A stretch of 64,000 nucleotides of DNA from Methanobacteriota archaeon (GTDB lineage Archaea > Methanobacteriota > Methanobacteria > Methanobacteriales > Methanobacteriaceae): positions 32,001-96,000 of the forward strand of contig CAWBCJ010000018.1 of assembly GCA_963787255.1 (NCBI GenBank), read 5' to 3'. A program made the position numbers and the translations under genes. Numbering within the stretch: the first letter of the stretch is position 1; every line of letters begins with the position of its first letter. A model generated the notes under the pieces. It was not told where the DNA came from. It saw nothing but the letters and a program-made list of their open reading frames with translations, and did no database searches. Below are positions 1 through 10,555 of this stretch, in pieces.

Positions 1-635
1 GTTTCTTTTTCTGAATATGATATTTCTATGACGGTAAAAAATAACTTAAGGATATTAATGGTGATTTTTGAAAAAAAACCAAAATCAGTGAATATATCGT
101 ATTTTTTATTGTTTATGCGGATTCTCCAGGCTGTTTGAAGAATTATATTCATATTTTTGAAGTATTTCCTGTTTTTAAAATATTCTATTATACAAAGTAA
201 ATAGAAGTAAAAAGACCTGAAGCCAGCTTTATTTGTCCACATACTAAATCCTATGTCTTTTGGATTTAAAATATGGGCATCGTGAAAGCTGTCTGCAATT
301 AAAACAGCGTCAAATTTAGAAAGTCTTTTATAAACGTTTTCTTTTGATTTTAACCCTAGATCATTTGCCAAGTCCTTAAAAAGCTTGTTAAAAACTTCTT
401 TTGAGCTTTCATTTCCTGATTCTAAGCTGAATTTAACGTCGTAAATATTTAAATCAGTTTCTCTGAGTGCTTGAAAAATATTTGTAGATTTACCAGTTCC
501 TGGAGCTCCTATTACATGAACAATTTTTCCTTTCTCTGTTTTTAAATTTTTCAATGCTTTAAAGAGCTTTTTATAGCAATCAGTTTCCATAAAAACGCGG
601 TTATCCTCAGGGGAGTTTACCTTGTATTTATCCAT
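1..635 (-). CDS. P-loop NTPase-like protein (3' end runs off the window)
   Basis: Read manually from ATG at 635: MDKYKVNSPEDN...VHVIGAPGTGKSTN (Walker A)...DAVLIADSFHD (Walker B-like); open to the window edge; not in the ORF track. Confidence 0.7.
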   Translation of the reverse strand, partial: MDKYKVNSPEDNRVFMETDCYKKLFKALKNLKTEKGKIVHVIGAPGTGKSTNIFQALRETDLNIYDVKFSLESGNESSKEVFNKLFKDLANDLGLKSKENVYKRLSKFDAVLIADSFHDAHILNPKDIGFSMWTNKAGFRSFYFYLLCIIEYFKNRKYFKNMNIILQTAWRIRINNKKYDIFTDFGFFSKITINILKLFFTVIEISYSEKE

Positions 636-824
636 ATCAATATATTCATTTTTAAAGTATATAAATATCAAATACTGATTTGCCATAAAAAAAGCTCATT
701 TAAAGACTAGAATCTAAAATTAATCTTTTAAAGGAACATATATATCCATGTAATATAATTTTAGAATATTTTATTATATTTCAAGATCATAATTTATTCA
801 TGAAAAATAATGTGAGGCTTTTAA

Positions 825-2585
825 ATGGCAAAATATAGATGTGTGGTCTGTAATTACATATTCGATGAAAAAATAGAGGGAAAAAAGTTTCAGGATTTAC
901 CTGATGACTGGAAATGTCCTTTATGCAATGTATCTAAAGATTTATTTGTTCCTTTAAAAGAAAAAGCTGAGGTAACTGAGAAAAAAGCAGAAAAAACGGT
1001 TTCTGATGTCTTAGTGGATCAGTTAGTTGAATGGGGAGTAAAATATGTTTTTGGAATGCCGGGAACATCAGTTTTGGGAATCATTGAATCTATAAGAAAA
1101 AATCAGGGAATAAAATACATACAGGTAAGGCATGAGGAAACTGCAGCTTTTATGGCATCAGCCCATGGTAAACTCACCGGACATGTAGCTGCATGTCTAA
1201 CAATAGCCGGGCCTGGCTCAACCAATTTAGCAACGGGATTATATGATGCACAACTGGATCATTCGCCAGTTTTAGCCATAACTGGTATGGTAAAAAGACA
1301 GATAATTGGCCCTGGTTCTTTCCAAGAGATTGATCAATATTCCTTTTTTAAGCCAGTATCGGTGTTTGATAAAATCCTTATGTCCCGGAAACAGACAGTG
1401 CCTCTTACGACCCTTGCAATAAAACACGCGCTTGTAGAAGGTGGTGTTTCTCACTTAGGAATTCCAGTTGATCTTCAAAGCAGAGCACATGATGCAGAAA
1501 TAGTCCAATTTGAAGGAAATTTTCCCAATAATTCAATTTCACAACCTGAAATTATGGTGATAAAAGCGGCCCAGGTTATTAATAAAGCTAGAAGACCAGT
1601 TATCATCATAGGTTTTGGTGCAATGGGACAGGGAGATAACATAATTGAGTTTGCAGAGAAAATTTCAGCACCTATTGTCACAACATTCAGGGGAAAGGGA
1701 GTAATTGATGAAGATCATCCTCTTTACGTGGGAAGTCATGGGGGAATTGGTTCAACTGCGGCAGCTAAGCTGGTTATGGATTCAGATCTTTTGATTGTGA
1801 TTGGATGTTCATTTTCTGACCAAACAATGATTCCAGAAAAAAGGATGGTGCAGATTGACATAAATCCAATGATGATAGCAAAAAGACACAGTGTTGAGGT
1901 AGGTCTTTTTGGAAATTCATCTGTTTTAGTACCTCAACTAAAAGAAAAAGTTAAAGAGAATAAAAAGGAAAGTTATTTGGATGAAATAATTAATTTAAAA
2001 AAAGAATGGTTGGATTTACTTCAAGAAGAAGCTGATTCAACAAAAACTCCAATACGTCCCCAATACATTTTAAAGGTTCTAAATGAAAAGATTGCAGATG
2101 ATGCTATAATCACTTTGGATGTGGGAGAAAATGGATGGTGGTTTGGAAGGAATTTCTGGATGAAAAAAACCCAGAAGATGATATTTTCAGGTTATCTTGG
2201 CTCTATGGCATTTTCGTTACCTGCAGCAATTGCAGCGCAGCTTATATATCCCCAAAGACAAGTAATTTGCACAGCCGGAGATGGGGGATTTGCAATGCTT
2301 ATGGCTGATTTTATGACTGCTGTAAAAAATAAACTGCCAATAAAGGTATTTATATTCAATAACAGTGAACTAGCAATGATTCGACAGGAACAACTTACGG
2401 AAAACTATCCAAATTATGAAACAGAACTGCATAACTTTGATTTTGCCCAATATGCCAGAAATTGTGGAGGTGTTGGAATTAAAGTTGAAAAAGCAGAAGA
2501 ATTAGAAGGAGCAGTTGATGAAGCGCTTAAATTAGATGAACCAGTTATAGTTGATATTAATACTGATCCAGTAAGATTTGTATGA
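825..2585 (+). CDS. Rubredoxin-fused thiamine pyrophosphate enzyme (pyruvate oxidase/acetolactate synthase family)
   Basis: N-terminal CxxC...LPDDWKCPLC rubredoxin motif; RHEETAAFMA; GDGGF...NN TPP-binding motif. Confidence 0.85.
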   Translation: MAKYRCVVCNYIFDEKIEGKKFQDLPDDWKCPLCNVSKDLFVPLKEKAEVTEKKAEKTVSDVLVDQLVEWGVKYVFGMPGTSVLGIIESIRKNQGIKYIQVRHEETAAFMASAHGKLTGHVAACLTIAGPGSTNLATGLYDAQLDHSPVLAITGMVKRQIIGPGSFQEIDQYSFFKPVSVFDKILMSRKQTVPLTTLAIKHALVEGGVSHLGIPVDLQSRAHDAEIVQFEGNFPNNSISQPEIMVIKAAQVINKARRPVIIIGFGAMGQGDNIIEFAEKISAPIVTTFRGKGVIDEDHPLYVGSHGGIGSTAAAKLVMDSDLLIVIGCSFSDQTMIPEKRMVQIDINPMMIAKRHSVEVGLFGNSSVLVPQLKEKVKENKKESYLDEIINLKKEWLDLLQEEADSTKTPIRPQYILKVLNEKIADDAIITLDVGENGWWFGRNFWMKKTQKMIFSGYLGSMAFSLPAAIAAQLIYPQRQVICTAGDGGFAMLMADFMTAVKNKLPIKVFIFNNSELAMIRQEQLTENYPNYETELHNFDFAQYARNCGGVGIKVEKAEELEGAVDEALKLDEPVIVDINTDPVRFV

Positions 2586-2773
2586 TTAACAGATTTTTTA
2601 CATTTAATCAATAAGAGTTCTAGCTTAAAAATCTTAAAAATTTATATAAAACCATAGTTTATAGTTAGACTAGGGATGAGGAAAAAAAGGAAAATTGAAG
2701 ATTATTATCACCGGTGTAAAAATGGGTTAACGGAGATTATTAATGAATATTTTATAATTTGAGGAAAAAAAAT

Positions 2774-3685
2774 ATGAAAGTACCGTGTATAATTGAAGAA
2801 TCTCTTTTTAGACCTGAAGCTGTAAGATGGAGAGATAGAATGGGCTTACTTGAGCCAATGGGTGATACAGTGGTTATTTTACCATGCAGCATGAGAAAAC
2901 CCTATTCATCTTCTAGATCTCACTTAATTTTTATGAGAGTTACTAAAGGCATTCAAGAATGTATATTAACTTCTCCATTTGGAATTTGCCCTCGTGAACT
3001 GGAAAAAACATATCCAATACAATCATATGACACTTCTACAACTGGTGAATGGTCATGCGAAGAAATTAAAGTTGTAGGGGAATGTTTGGAGAAGTATGTT
3101 GGTGAAAAAGAGGTAATAGCGCATGTAGAAGGTGGATATAAGCAAGTTTGTGAAGAATATCTTAAGGATGCTATTTATACATCTAAGGGTAAAACTACAT
3201 CAAAAGAATCAATTGAAAACCTCAAAAATGAAGTTAAAAAACATCCTCGAATTAAGGGGAGAGTTAAGACACTGCATATGTTTAGATCAATTGCACGCTA
3301 TCAATTTAACACACAAGAAGCCGACGCATTAATACCTGACAATGTTAAGGTAATTGGAAGGTTTGATAGAAGATTAATGGTTGATGGAAAACAAATTGCT
3401 ACTTTACACTTTAACAATGGTTTTTACTCATTAAATTTACAAGGAGGAGAACTATTAAAGGACATTGGAGTTAAATGGGTACAAATTGGATTCGATCTTA
3501 AAACAAACACTTTATTTTCTCCAGGTGTAGAAGATGCTCATGCAGATATAATTCCCAACGATGAGGTAGTTGTATTGAAAAACGATGAAGTTGTAGGTGT
3601 TGGAAAAGCTGTACTAAGCGGTGAAGAAATGAAAAGAGCGGTTAAAGGTGTTGCAGTTAAAATAAGGCATAGAAAAAAAGGATAA
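2774..3685 (+). CDS. Archaeosine synthase ArcS-like protein (DUF5591-type domain plus PUA domain)
   Basis: LPCSMRKPYSSSRSH and TSPFGICPRELE motifs; C-terminal PUA-like domain; ATG 2774 follows GAGG. Confidence 0.75.
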   Translation: MKVPCIIEESLFRPEAVRWRDRMGLLEPMGDTVVILPCSMRKPYSSSRSHLIFMRVTKGIQECILTSPFGICPRELEKTYPIQSYDTSTTGEWSCEEIKVVGECLEKYVGEKEVIAHVEGGYKQVCEEYLKDAIYTSKGKTTSKESIENLKNEVKKHPRIKGRVKTLHMFRSIARYQFNTQEADALIPDNVKVIGRFDRRLMVDGKQIATLHFNNGFYSLNLQGGELLKDIGVKWVQIGFDLKTNTLFSPGVEDAHADIIPNDEVVVLKNDEVVGVGKAVLSGEEMKRAVKGVAVKIRHRKKG

Positions 3686-4017
3686 ATAATATGGAAGAAT
3701 TTTAGGTTCTTGCAGCTGATTTATAAGCACTATTTTAATTTCATTATCTCATTAAAGCATAGGTAATGTGCGGGTTCCATTAATATTTTGTATTTCATTG
3801 TAGATTCTTTTAAAAACGCTATAATTTCTTAATTTCTATTCATTTTATAACCTTAAAATATAAATAACTTTAAAGGTCATAAATAAAATTAATATTAAAT
3901 TTCCCTATTTTTAAATAGAATTTAAATGAAAAATAATTATTTAACTTTAGGGGCTAAAAATAAATTATTAATATAAAAATGAAGATAAATTTAAATTCAT
4001 TATTTTGAGGAGATATT

Positions 4018-4311
4018 ATGACAGATGAATTAGTAGAAAAAGTTAAAGAATCTTTATCAACAGTAGCTGACCCTCACATGGGCATTAGCATAGTAGAAAT
4101 GGGAATTGTCCAGAACATCGAAATTATTAAAGATGAAGGCACAGTTGCAAAAGTTACAATTAGACCAACTAACCCTGGCTGTATGAGCGCAGCAAACATT
4201 GCAATGAGCGCTAAAGTTGCTGCTGAGAAAGTTGAAGGAATAGACAAAGCTGAAATCATTGTTGAAGGTCACATGATGGCTGACGCTATTTGTGAAATGG
4301 TAAACAAATAA
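4018..4311 (+). CDS. Metal-sulfur cluster assembly factor (DUF59/SufT-MIP18 family)
   Basis: VADPHMGISIVEMGIV and PTNPGC motifs; 97 aa. Confidence 0.8.
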   Translation: MTDELVEKVKESLSTVADPHMGISIVEMGIVQNIEIIKDEGTVAKVTIRPTNPGCMSAANIAMSAKVAAEKVEGIDKAEIIVEGHMMADAICEMVNK

Positions 4312-4329
4312 TTAGCAACTGGATTTATT

Positions 4330-4890
4330 ATGAAGCTACCATGGAACACTGTAGTGGTTACAGGCGTTCCAGGAGTAGGTAAAACATCACTCTGTAGAAG
4401 AGTGTCTAATGATTTAGGTTACAATTACGTAAATTATGGAGATCTGATGCTTTCTATTGCTGAAAGCAGGGGTCTCGCTTCTACAGATTCTCAGATGTTC
4501 AGTTTGGATATAGACGTTCAATATACGATCTGGAAGGATGCTGCTTTAAAAATAAAAGATATGGACAGGATTCTTGTAGATTTACATGGTGTTGACCAAT
4601 CATCCATTGGATATATAATTTCTCTACCGGTTGAAATCATTAAGCCGGATATAATTGTGATTATAGAGTCTTCAAAGGAAAATATACTCATACGAAGAAA
4701 GAAAGATATCAAGGAAAGAATAATTGACACTGTTAAAAGTTTAAATGAGCATATGGATATTTTAAGGGTTGCAATGGCTTCATGTTCTGCTATTTTAGGA
4801 TGTAATTTGATAATACTAAAAAATGATGATTTTCAGGCCTGCCTGGAGGACATGGAAAATGTTTTAGGTAATAAAATATTTTTGAATTAA
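4330..4890 (+). CDS. Archaeal adenylate kinase-like (AdkA family) nucleotide kinase
   Basis: VVTGVPGVGKTS P-loop, VNYGDLM, VDLH motifs. Confidence 0.75.
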   Translation: MKLPWNTVVVTGVPGVGKTSLCRRVSNDLGYNYVNYGDLMLSIAESRGLASTDSQMFSLDIDVQYTIWKDAALKIKDMDRILVDLHGVDQSSIGYIISLPVEIIKPDIIVIIESSKENILIRRKKDIKERIIDTVKSLNEHMDILRVAMASCSAILGCNLIILKNDDFQACLEDMENVLGNKIFLN

Positions 4891-5004
4891 AAACTAGAGC
4901 AAAGTTTATATATGATGAAGCCTAAACCTTGAAACTACCTTTTTACAGGTTTTGAAATCTTTAAAAAGGCCAATCAAATATTTGCATTTTAATTAATTGA
5001 TGGA

Positions 5005-5078
5005 GGGCCCGTGGCTCAGCTTGGTAGAGCGCACGGCTGATAACCGTGAGGCCCTGGGTTCGAATCCCAGCGGGCCCA
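5005..5078 (+). tRNA. tRNA-Ile(GAT), intronless, CCA not encoded
   Basis: GGGCCCG...CGGGCCC-A acceptor stem; D arm GCTCAGCTTGGTAGAGC; anticodon arm CACGG-CTGATAA-CCGTG; T loop GGTTCGAATCC. Confidence 0.97.
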
Positions 5079-5484
5079 TTAATTATTAATTTTTATGATT
5101 CATTAAATAATTAATTCTTTGAATTTTAAAAGAAGATACATAAGGTTTTATTTTTAATCATTTAAAGAAGATTTAATCCTTTAAATATTATCTCAATCAT
5201 TTTGCAGCATTTAAATTTTTGGGTTGTAATACATTAATTAAAAAGATGAAATGTTGTTGCAAAAAATTTATATCTGAAATAAATACATACTATAAGTTGG
5301 AGCAATGATGGTAATTAATTACCTCATTTTATTCTATTTTTTTTAAAAACGTGTTTATTGAGCTTATTTTTCTGTTATCTCTTACCTAATGGTTTTATAA
5401 TTTTATGAAGCTTTTCATAGTTGGACCAACGATGCTAATCAATTACTAATTATTATTTCATTAAACCCATTGCATTAATTTCTG

Positions 5485-6540
5485 CTATTTCCATGTTTTA
5501 TTACTTGATTTTATAAATTCTTGAAGTTTTTTAGTAGCATTACCCGATTTTACAGCTTCAAAAGATTTTTTAACTCCATCGGGGAGATTGTCTACAATGT
5601 TTGCTAAAAATAAGATAGCGGCAGCGTTTACAAGGCATAAATCCAGTCTTGCCCTGTCAGTTTCAGTAGTATTTTTACCTTCTAAAACATTAACTGCTAT
5701 TTTTTTATTTTTTTCTAAATTAGATGAAGCTTTAATAAATTCTTTATCTATCTTTTTTATTCCAAAATCTTCAGGATATAGTTCTTTAACTTCAATCATG
5801 CCTTCATTAATAAATGCAACTTTTGTTTTGCCAATAGTGGAAATTTCATCCATTGCAGGATTTCCTTCTTCGTCAAACCCGTGAACCACCATAGCATGTT
5901 TTATATCCAACTTTCTAAGCACATTAGCCATGATTTCAACGTATTTTGGGTCGAAAACCCCTAATAATTGTATATCTGCACTTGCAGGCGATGTAAGAGG
6001 ACCTAAAATATTAAAAACTGTTCTAGTTCCAATTTGTTGCCTTATGGGCATTACATGTTTCATTGCAGGATGAAAATTAGGTGCGAACATGAATCCTATA
6101 CCTGCCTGTTCCATACATCTTTCCACTTCCTTGGCATTACAGTCTATATTAACTCCAAGAGCTTCTAAAACGTCCGCACCACCGCATTTACTTGTTATGC
6201 TTCTGTTACCATGTTTTGCAACTGCAACACCACATGAAGCAGCTATAATGGCAGAAATAGTGCTTATATTAAATGTTTTTAGTTTATCGCCACCTGTACC
6301 GCAGGTATCAACAAGAGGAGCATTAATATCTGGAGAAACGCTAATACTAACCTTACGCATTGCCTTTACAAAACCAGTTATTTCATCAACTGTTTCACCC
6401 TTCATGGAAAGAGCAGTAAGAAGAGATGCTATTTGAATGTTGCTTGCATTACCGCTAACTATATGCATCATACAATCGTAAGCTTCTTTTTCACTTAGAT
6501 CTTCAAATAACACCACTTTTTTGATACATTTTGCCATCAT
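5485..6540 (-). CDS. trpD: Anthranilate phosphoribosyltransferase
   Basis: DTCGTGGD, KHGNRS, FAPNFHPAM motifs; last gene of the trp operon. Confidence 0.97.
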   Translation of the reverse strand: MMAKCIKKVVLFEDLSEKEAYDCMMHIVSGNASNIQIASLLTALSMKGETVDEITGFVKAMRKVSISVSPDINAPLVDTCGTGGDKLKTFNISTISAIIAASCGVAVAKHGNRSITSKCGGADVLEALGVNIDCNAKEVERCMEQAGIGFMFAPNFHPAMKHVMPIRQQIGTRTVFNILGPLTSPASADIQLLGVFDPKYVEIMANVLRKLDIKHAMVVHGFDEEGNPAMDEISTIGKTKVAFINEGMIEVKELYPEDFGIKKIDKEFIKASSNLEKNKKIAVNVLEGKNTTETDRARLDLCLVNAAAILFLANIVDNLPDGVKKSFEAVKSGNATKKLQEFIKSSNKTWK

Positions 6541-6556
6541 TTTATAATCACGCAGT

Positions 6557-7366
6557 CTAGATCTTTGTTGCTTCTTTTAGTTCCCTGCAAAAAACAGCGA
6601 TTTTCTGTAGCATCACATCTTTATTTTCCTGATTTTCAGTGATTAAGTTTAATATGGCACTTGCAACAATTGCACCGTCAGCTCCGGACTTTATAACTTC
6701 CCTAACGTGCTCTGGTTTTGAAATACCGAAACCAACGCATATGGGGAGGTCGCTGTTTGCTTTAACACGTTCTATTAGCTCAACAGAGCTGTTTTTAAGT
6801 TCACTTCTTGCACCGGTTATTCCCATGACTGCCACTACGTAAAGAAAACCTGAACAAATTTCTGTAATTTTAGGTAGTCTTTCATTGCTGGTACTTTGAG
6901 CTGCCATGAAAATCTGCTGAATTCCATTTTCTTTGGAGGCTTTAAGAGCATCACCTGCTTCTTCAGGGGGTAAATCTGCTGCTAGAACTGCATTTGCACC
7001 GCTTTCTCTTGCAGTTTTGTAGTATTTATCAAGACCCATTTTGTAAATTAAATTGTAATAAGTCAAAACGCCAATGGGAATATCTGTAAATTCTCTTACC
7101 TTTTTAATAAATTCAAACCCTTTTTGCACTGTCATTCCAGCTTCAAGTGCTCTGATATCAGCAAGTTGTACCGTTGGCCCATCAGCTACAGGATCGCTGA
7201 AAGGAAATCCTATTTCCAATGCGTCGGCACCATTTTGGGCGAAGGTCTTTACAATTTCAAGAGAGGTTTCAAAATCAGGATCTCCAGCAACAATAAATGG
7301 GACAAAAGCACCTTCATTTTTTTCTTTTACCCGCTTGAACATTTCATTGTAAGTTTCTATATTCAT
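6557..7366 (-). CDS. trpA: Tryptophan synthase alpha chain
   Basis: [17 protein letters not shown] and VGFGIS motifs. Confidence 0.97.
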   Translation of the reverse strand: MNIETYNEMFKRVKEKNEGAFVPFIVAGDPDFETSLEIVKTFAQNGADALEIGFPFSDPVADGPTVQLADIRALEAGMTVQKGFEFIKKVREFTDIPIGVLTYYNLIYKMGLDKYYKTARESGANAVLAADLPPEEAGDALKASKENGIQQIFMAAQSTSNERLPKITEICSGFLYVVAVMGITGARSELKNSSVELIERVKANSDLPICVGFGISKPEHVREVIKSGADGAIVASAILNLITENQENKDVMLQKIAVFCRELKEATKI

Positions 7367-8536
7367 ACTTTCACCCCCATAAGCTTTGCAAGTATGTCCA
7401 CGTCCTTATCTCCCCTTCCAGAAAGATTTACAACTACAGTTTTACCTTTATTCTCTGCAGCGTACTTTTCAAGGCATCCTATGGCATGAGAACTTTCAAG
7501 CGCAGGTAAAATTCCTTCATATTTAGAAAGAAGCTCAAAACCTCTAAGTGCTTCATCATTTGTAATTGGAACATATTTTGCACGTCCTGTGGTTTTAAGA
7601 TAGGAATGTTCAGGTCCAACTCCAGGATAATCAAGCCCTGCAGATATTGAATGCGCTTCTGCTATTTGTCCGTCACCATCTTGAAGAACAAATGATAAAG
7701 AACCGTGTAAAACTCCTTCAGTTCCTGCAGTGAGAGTTGCTCCATGTTTACCATTCAATCCTTCACCACCACCTTCAGCACCAATTAATTCAACTTCTCC
7801 GTGCTCTATAAACTCTGAAAAAATGCCTATTGAATTGCTCCCACCCCCAACACAGGCAATCACGGCATCTGGAAGTTCACCTTCTTTTTTAAGTATATCT
7901 TCCTTGGTTTCTTTTCCAATAACTGTCTGAAAATGCTTTACCATCATAGGGATATGGGTGCGGCCCCATCGATGAACCAATAAGATAATGAGTTGTGTCT
8001 ACATTTGAAATCCAGTCCCTAAGAGCGTCATTAATAGCATCCTTAAGGGTTCTAGAACCGCTTTCAACTGGAATAACCTTAGCTCCGGATAATTCCATTC
8101 TAAAAACGTTCAACTTCTGCCTTTCAACATCCTCACTTCCCATATAAACTTCTGTGGGAAATCGAAGTAGTGAACCAATTACTGCGGTTGCTATACCGTG
8201 TTGACCCGCCCCTGTCTCTGCAATAAGTCTTTCCTTACCCATGTATTTTGCAAGAAGTCCCTGACCGAGAGTATTATTTATTTTATGCGCTCCAGTATGC
8301 AGCAAATCCTCTCTTTTAAGGTATATTTTACAGCCAAGTTTCTCTGAGAGATTCTTCGCATGATAAAGAGGAGTAGGTCTCCCTGCAAAATCCCTTAAAT
8401 AATGCGCAAGTTCTTCATTGAACTTTTTATCATCTTTATACTTTAAAAACGCCTTTTCCAGCTCTTCAAGTGCAGGAATAAGTAGTTCAGGAACAAAAGC
8501 CCCTCCGTATTTACCAAATTTGCCGTCTAATATCAT
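7363..8536 (-). CDS. trpB: Tryptophan synthase beta chain (one +1 frameshift near 7950, probably an assembly error)
   Basis: [15 protein letters not shown] (PLP lysine), AETGAGQHG; GPHPYP continues after one extra base into MMVKHFQ...[13 protein letters not shown]...NLSGRGDKD. Confidence 0.93.
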
Positions 8537-9186
8537 AAATTCACCCTGCAAGTTTCCATAAATTCAATAATTTTAGATTTATTTTTGATTCCAGGACTTT
8601 CTTCAACTCCAGAATTCACATCAACGTAATCAAAAATCTTTTTAATCATTTTTCCCTCATTATTCATCCTTTCTGTATCCATTCCACCTGCAAGAAATAG
8701 TTTGATATTGGGATTAATTGCTTTTGCAGTTTCAGCGGCTCTTTCTGCAACCTCCAGGGGAATCTGCTTTCCAGTGCCTCCACTTTTCCCTGAAACCAAG
8801 GAATCAAATAAAAGATATTCACAAACCCTTGAAAACTCTTCTATTTCCAATATTTTGGAGCTATTAATTTTTTCTGGAATTCCAATGACTTTAATAACAT
8901 TAAAACCTTCTATATTGGCTATTTCCCCGGGAGACAATGAATGCAACTGCACGTTTCTAACCCCACATTCTTCAGCCTTATCTACAACTTCAATAACAGT
9001 TTCAGGCTCTAAAACAAGAACTGCTTTTTCAGGATTTTTCATCATTTCCTTTAATTCATTTATTTTTTCTATTTCCACGAACCTCTTAGATCTTTCAACG
9101 TTTATAAAGCCTATAAAACTAGGATTGAATTCTTCACAGGTTTTAAGGTCACTAAACCTTGTGATTCCGCATATTTTAACCTGCAT
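8533..9186 (-). CDS. trpF: Phosphoribosylanthranilate isomerase
   Basis: [27 protein letters not shown] motifs. Confidence 0.95.
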   Translation of the reverse strand: MQVKICGITRFSDLKTCEEFNPSFIGFINVERSKRFVEIEKINELKEMMKNPEKAVLVLEPETVIEVVDKAEECGVRNVQLHSLSPGEIANIEGFNVIKVIGIPEKINSSKILEIEEFSRVCEYLLFDSLVSGKSGGTGKQIPLEVAERAAETAKAINPNIKLFLAGGMDTERMNNEGKMIKKIFDYVDVNSGVEESPGIKNKSKIIEFMETCRVNL

Positions 9187-9187
9187 T

Positions 9188-9980
9188 TTAATCTAACCTT
9201 GCATTTTTTCCTGCTTCAACCAGTTCATTTACCTTTTCCGATATATCTTGTGATTCCATTATACTGGAGCCAACTAAAACTGCATCTGCACCATAACTAC
9301 CTAAAACCTTTACTTCTTCGCCATTTTTAACCCCGCTTTCAGATACTAAAATTGTATTTTCCGGCACATGTTTTGCAAGTTTTTTGGTTCTTTTAAGGTC
9401 AATGCTGAAGTCTTTGAAGCTTCGATTATTTATTCCAATAATTTTTGCGCCCGCTTTCACTGCTTTTTGAATTTCTTCCCGATTTTTACATTCTACCATC
9501 GCATCCATTTCAAGATAACTGCATAAATCAATTCCAAATCGGGAGATCCTTGTATAAATCTGCCATTAAAAGCACTGCATTAGCTCCACATGATCGCGCT
9601 TCATAAATCTGGTATTCATTAATTATAAAATCCTTTCTAAGGATCGGTAGCTTACTTATTTTAGATGCAATGCGCAGATTTTTGATATTGCTTTTAAAGA
9701 AATTTTCCTCGGTTAAAACTGAAATAGCACTTGCACCTCCTTTATCATATAATGGAATAACCTCTTCAACAAGAAGATTAGAGATATCTCCTTTGGAGGG
9801 AGATGCAGGTTTGTATTCACATATTATGGAAACATCCGTTTTGTCTAAAAGTGCATTTTTAAAATCTGCCCTTATCTTTGTCCCACGAATATTTTCTTTT
9901 AGTTCACTTAAAGGCCGGTATTTCATTTCCCTTTCAAGCGTATTCTTCCTTTGAGCAATTATATCGTTAAAATTTATCAT
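9188..9980 (-). CDS. trpC: Indole-3-glycerol phosphate synthase (one frameshift near 9535-9545)
   Basis: EYKPASPSKG, ISVLTE, LRKDF in the first ORF; IGINNR, VSESG, VLVGSSIM in the second ORF. Confidence 0.93.
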
Positions 9981-10552
9981 GTTTTTCCCTCAAGGAAGTT
10001 TTTGATTATCATCAATCCATGTTTAGTGCCTATAGACTCTGGATGAAACTGAAGACCGTAAATTGGACTTTCAACATGTTTTATTCCCATTATAATTCCA
10101 TCTTCAGTCTTTGCAGTTATTTTGATACATTCAGGTAAGCTTTTTTCGTCGCAGATAAGAGAATGATATCTTGTTGCTTCCAGTGAATTTTCAACGCCTT
10201 CGAAGATACCTTCGTCAGTATGAGTTATTTTACTGAGTTTACCGTGAATAGGTTCTGATCTTCTGATTTTGCCCCCGAATGCTGCAAAGATGCCTTGATG
10301 CCCTAAACATACACCAAGGATTGGTATCTCATCTTTTAATTCCATTATAACTTCGTTGCAAACTCCAAAGTCCTTTTCATTGGTTGGATTTCCAGGACCG
10401 GGAGATATTATTATTTTATCCGGTTTTAACTGTCTTATTTCTTCAACAGTTATTTCATCATTCCTTTTAACGAGAATATCCGAATCAACTTCTCCTATTA
10501 ACTGGTAAAGATTGTAGGTAAATGAATCATAGTTATCAATTATGAGTATCAT
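9977..10552 (-). CDS. trpG: Anthranilate synthase component II (glutamine amidotransferase)
   Basis: IDNYDSFTYNL, SPGPG, GVCLGHQ, QFHPES. Confidence 0.96.
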   Translation of the reverse strand: MILIIDNYDSFTYNLYQLIGEVDSDILVKRNDEITVEEIRQLKPDKIIISPGPGNPTNEKDFGVCNEVIMELKDEIPILGVCLGHQGIFAAFGGKIRRSEPIHGKLSKITHTDEGIFEGVENSLEATRYHSLICDEKSLPECIKITAKTEDGIIMGIKHVESPIYGLQFHPESIGTKHGLMIIKNFLEGKT

Positions 10553-10555
10553 TGA

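Noticed and set aside
5005-5078. tRNA-Ile as an integration site for the recombinase
   Set aside because: No duplicate of the tRNA 3' end noticed in the window, and the flanks are housekeeping genes
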